Shown one piece after another: positions 59,611 to 60,387 of a stretch of 60,387 nt of DNA. How positions within the stretch are numbered: position 1 is the stretch's first letter; each line of letters opens with the position of its first letter. The notes below the pieces were generated by a model. The model did no database searches. It had not been told where the DNA came from and saw only the letters and a list, made by a program, of their open reading frames with translations. Origin of the DNA: Sumerlaeia bacterium (GTDB lineage: Bacteria; Sumerlaeota; Sumerlaeia; SLMS01; JAHLLQ01). Position numbers and translations under genes: made by a program. The stretch spans positions 1 to 60,387 of the forward strand of contig JAVJSW010000043.1 in the NCBI GenBank assembly GCA_040219255.1, in the 5' to 3' direction.

Positions 59611-60387
59611 TTAGTATCCGGTGGGGGCGTACACGGCGTAACCGCGGGGGGGAGCCCAGACTTCGACGTCGCCGCTGCCGTTGCAGTACTTGTTGGCGGG
59701 CTGATAGTTCTGGCCGCTCTTGGTCGAGTACCAGGCGTAGCACTTGAGCGTCTTGTTCTTCAGGTTGCCATTGGAGGTGCGGACCCAGGAGCCGCGCCAG
59801 TTGTTGGCGTTGTCGTTGATGACCTCGATGTAGCCGGGGTTGGAGCTGCCACCGTCTTTGTCGGCGTAGATGAGGCAATCGCCGTCGTTGGTCTTCAGGT
59901 ATTCGACGTTCGGGCCGCCGCCGGCTAGTTTCTCGCGGACCCAGGTGAGTTGCTTGATGCCGTTGCCCCACTGGCCGCCCATGTCGTCCAGGTTGTAGTC
60001 GAAGTAGTCCTTCCAGTAGAGGCAAGGGTAGCCCTTGAAGGTCATGGCATAGGCGTAGCCGATGTGCTTGTGGTTGGTGATTTCGTGGGTGTCGTGGTTC
60101 TCGAGGAAGGTCACGGCGCGGTTGCCGTTGCGGGCCGCGAAGGACTTGTTGTTGTTCACCAGGTCAGGCAGGTAGCCGCCGCCGCCGGTGTTGTCGCAGA
60201 TGCCGTTGAGCGTATAGTAGGAAGCGAAGTCGAAGGCCGAGCAATCCGCCGCGCCGGTCCACCAGTTGAGCGTGCCGGTGTTCGAATCCCAGTACTCGCC
60301 GATGCCGTAGGACCAGTTGGTGTACTGGCGGAAGTCCTTGGCGACCCAGGGGCCGAAGCCTTTGACGTAATCGTAGCGCCAGCCGCC
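59611..60387 (-). CDS. second GH13 alpha-amylase paralog, 5' end outside the window
   Basis: GWRYDYVKGF, IGEYWD, FLENHDT; close paralog of 57275-58681. Confidence 0.9.
   Translation of the reverse strand, partial: GGWRYDYVKGFGPWVAKDFRQYTNWSYGIGEYWDSNTGTLNWWTGAADCSAFDFASYYTLNGICDNTGGGGYLPDLVNNNKSFAARNGNRAVTFLENHDTHEITNHKHIGYAYAMTFKGYPCLYWKDYFDYNLDDMGGQWGNGIKQLTWVREKLAGGGPNVEYLKTNDGDCLIYADKDGGSSNPGYIEVINDNANNWRGSWVRTSNGNLKNKTLKCYAWYSTKSGQNYQPANKYCNGSGDVEVWAPPRGYAVYAPTGY

Overview
GC-rich bacterial chromosomal window with about 45 real genes; most long overlapping ORFs in the track are antisense artefacts of high-GC codon bias. The lineage is probably Candidatus Sumerlaeota (BRC1) or a relative, inferred only from the pseudopilin ending YDPTNGTISDGEI and the secreted-protein architectures. 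Housekeeping genes: sahR-DUF6653-ahcY operon, a truncated str operon (rpsL-rpsG then a terminator), dusB, lon, mnmA, psuG, cstA and a short hcp. There are many secreted hydrolases: GH3, a giant S8, M28-PDZ, a trypsin-like lipoprotein, two tandem minimal S13/DacB enzymes and two tandem GH13 amylases. No rRNA, tRNA, CRISPR array or transposase was seen. Main leads: (1) an unannotated ~70-nt candidate small RNA with a consensus sigma-54 promoter, a perfect 13-bp stem, a U-tail and an anti-Shine-Dalgarno ACCUCCU in its loop (33676-33770); (2) a candidate C-terminal W-x-x-Y sorting signal on secreted proteins, one of them next to a GspG-like pseudopilin gene; (3) four ~160-225 bp ORF-less inverted-repeat elements of one family; (4) a chimeric low-GC/high-GC gene at the left edge; (5) a duplicated unknown C-terminal domain on the S8 protease.
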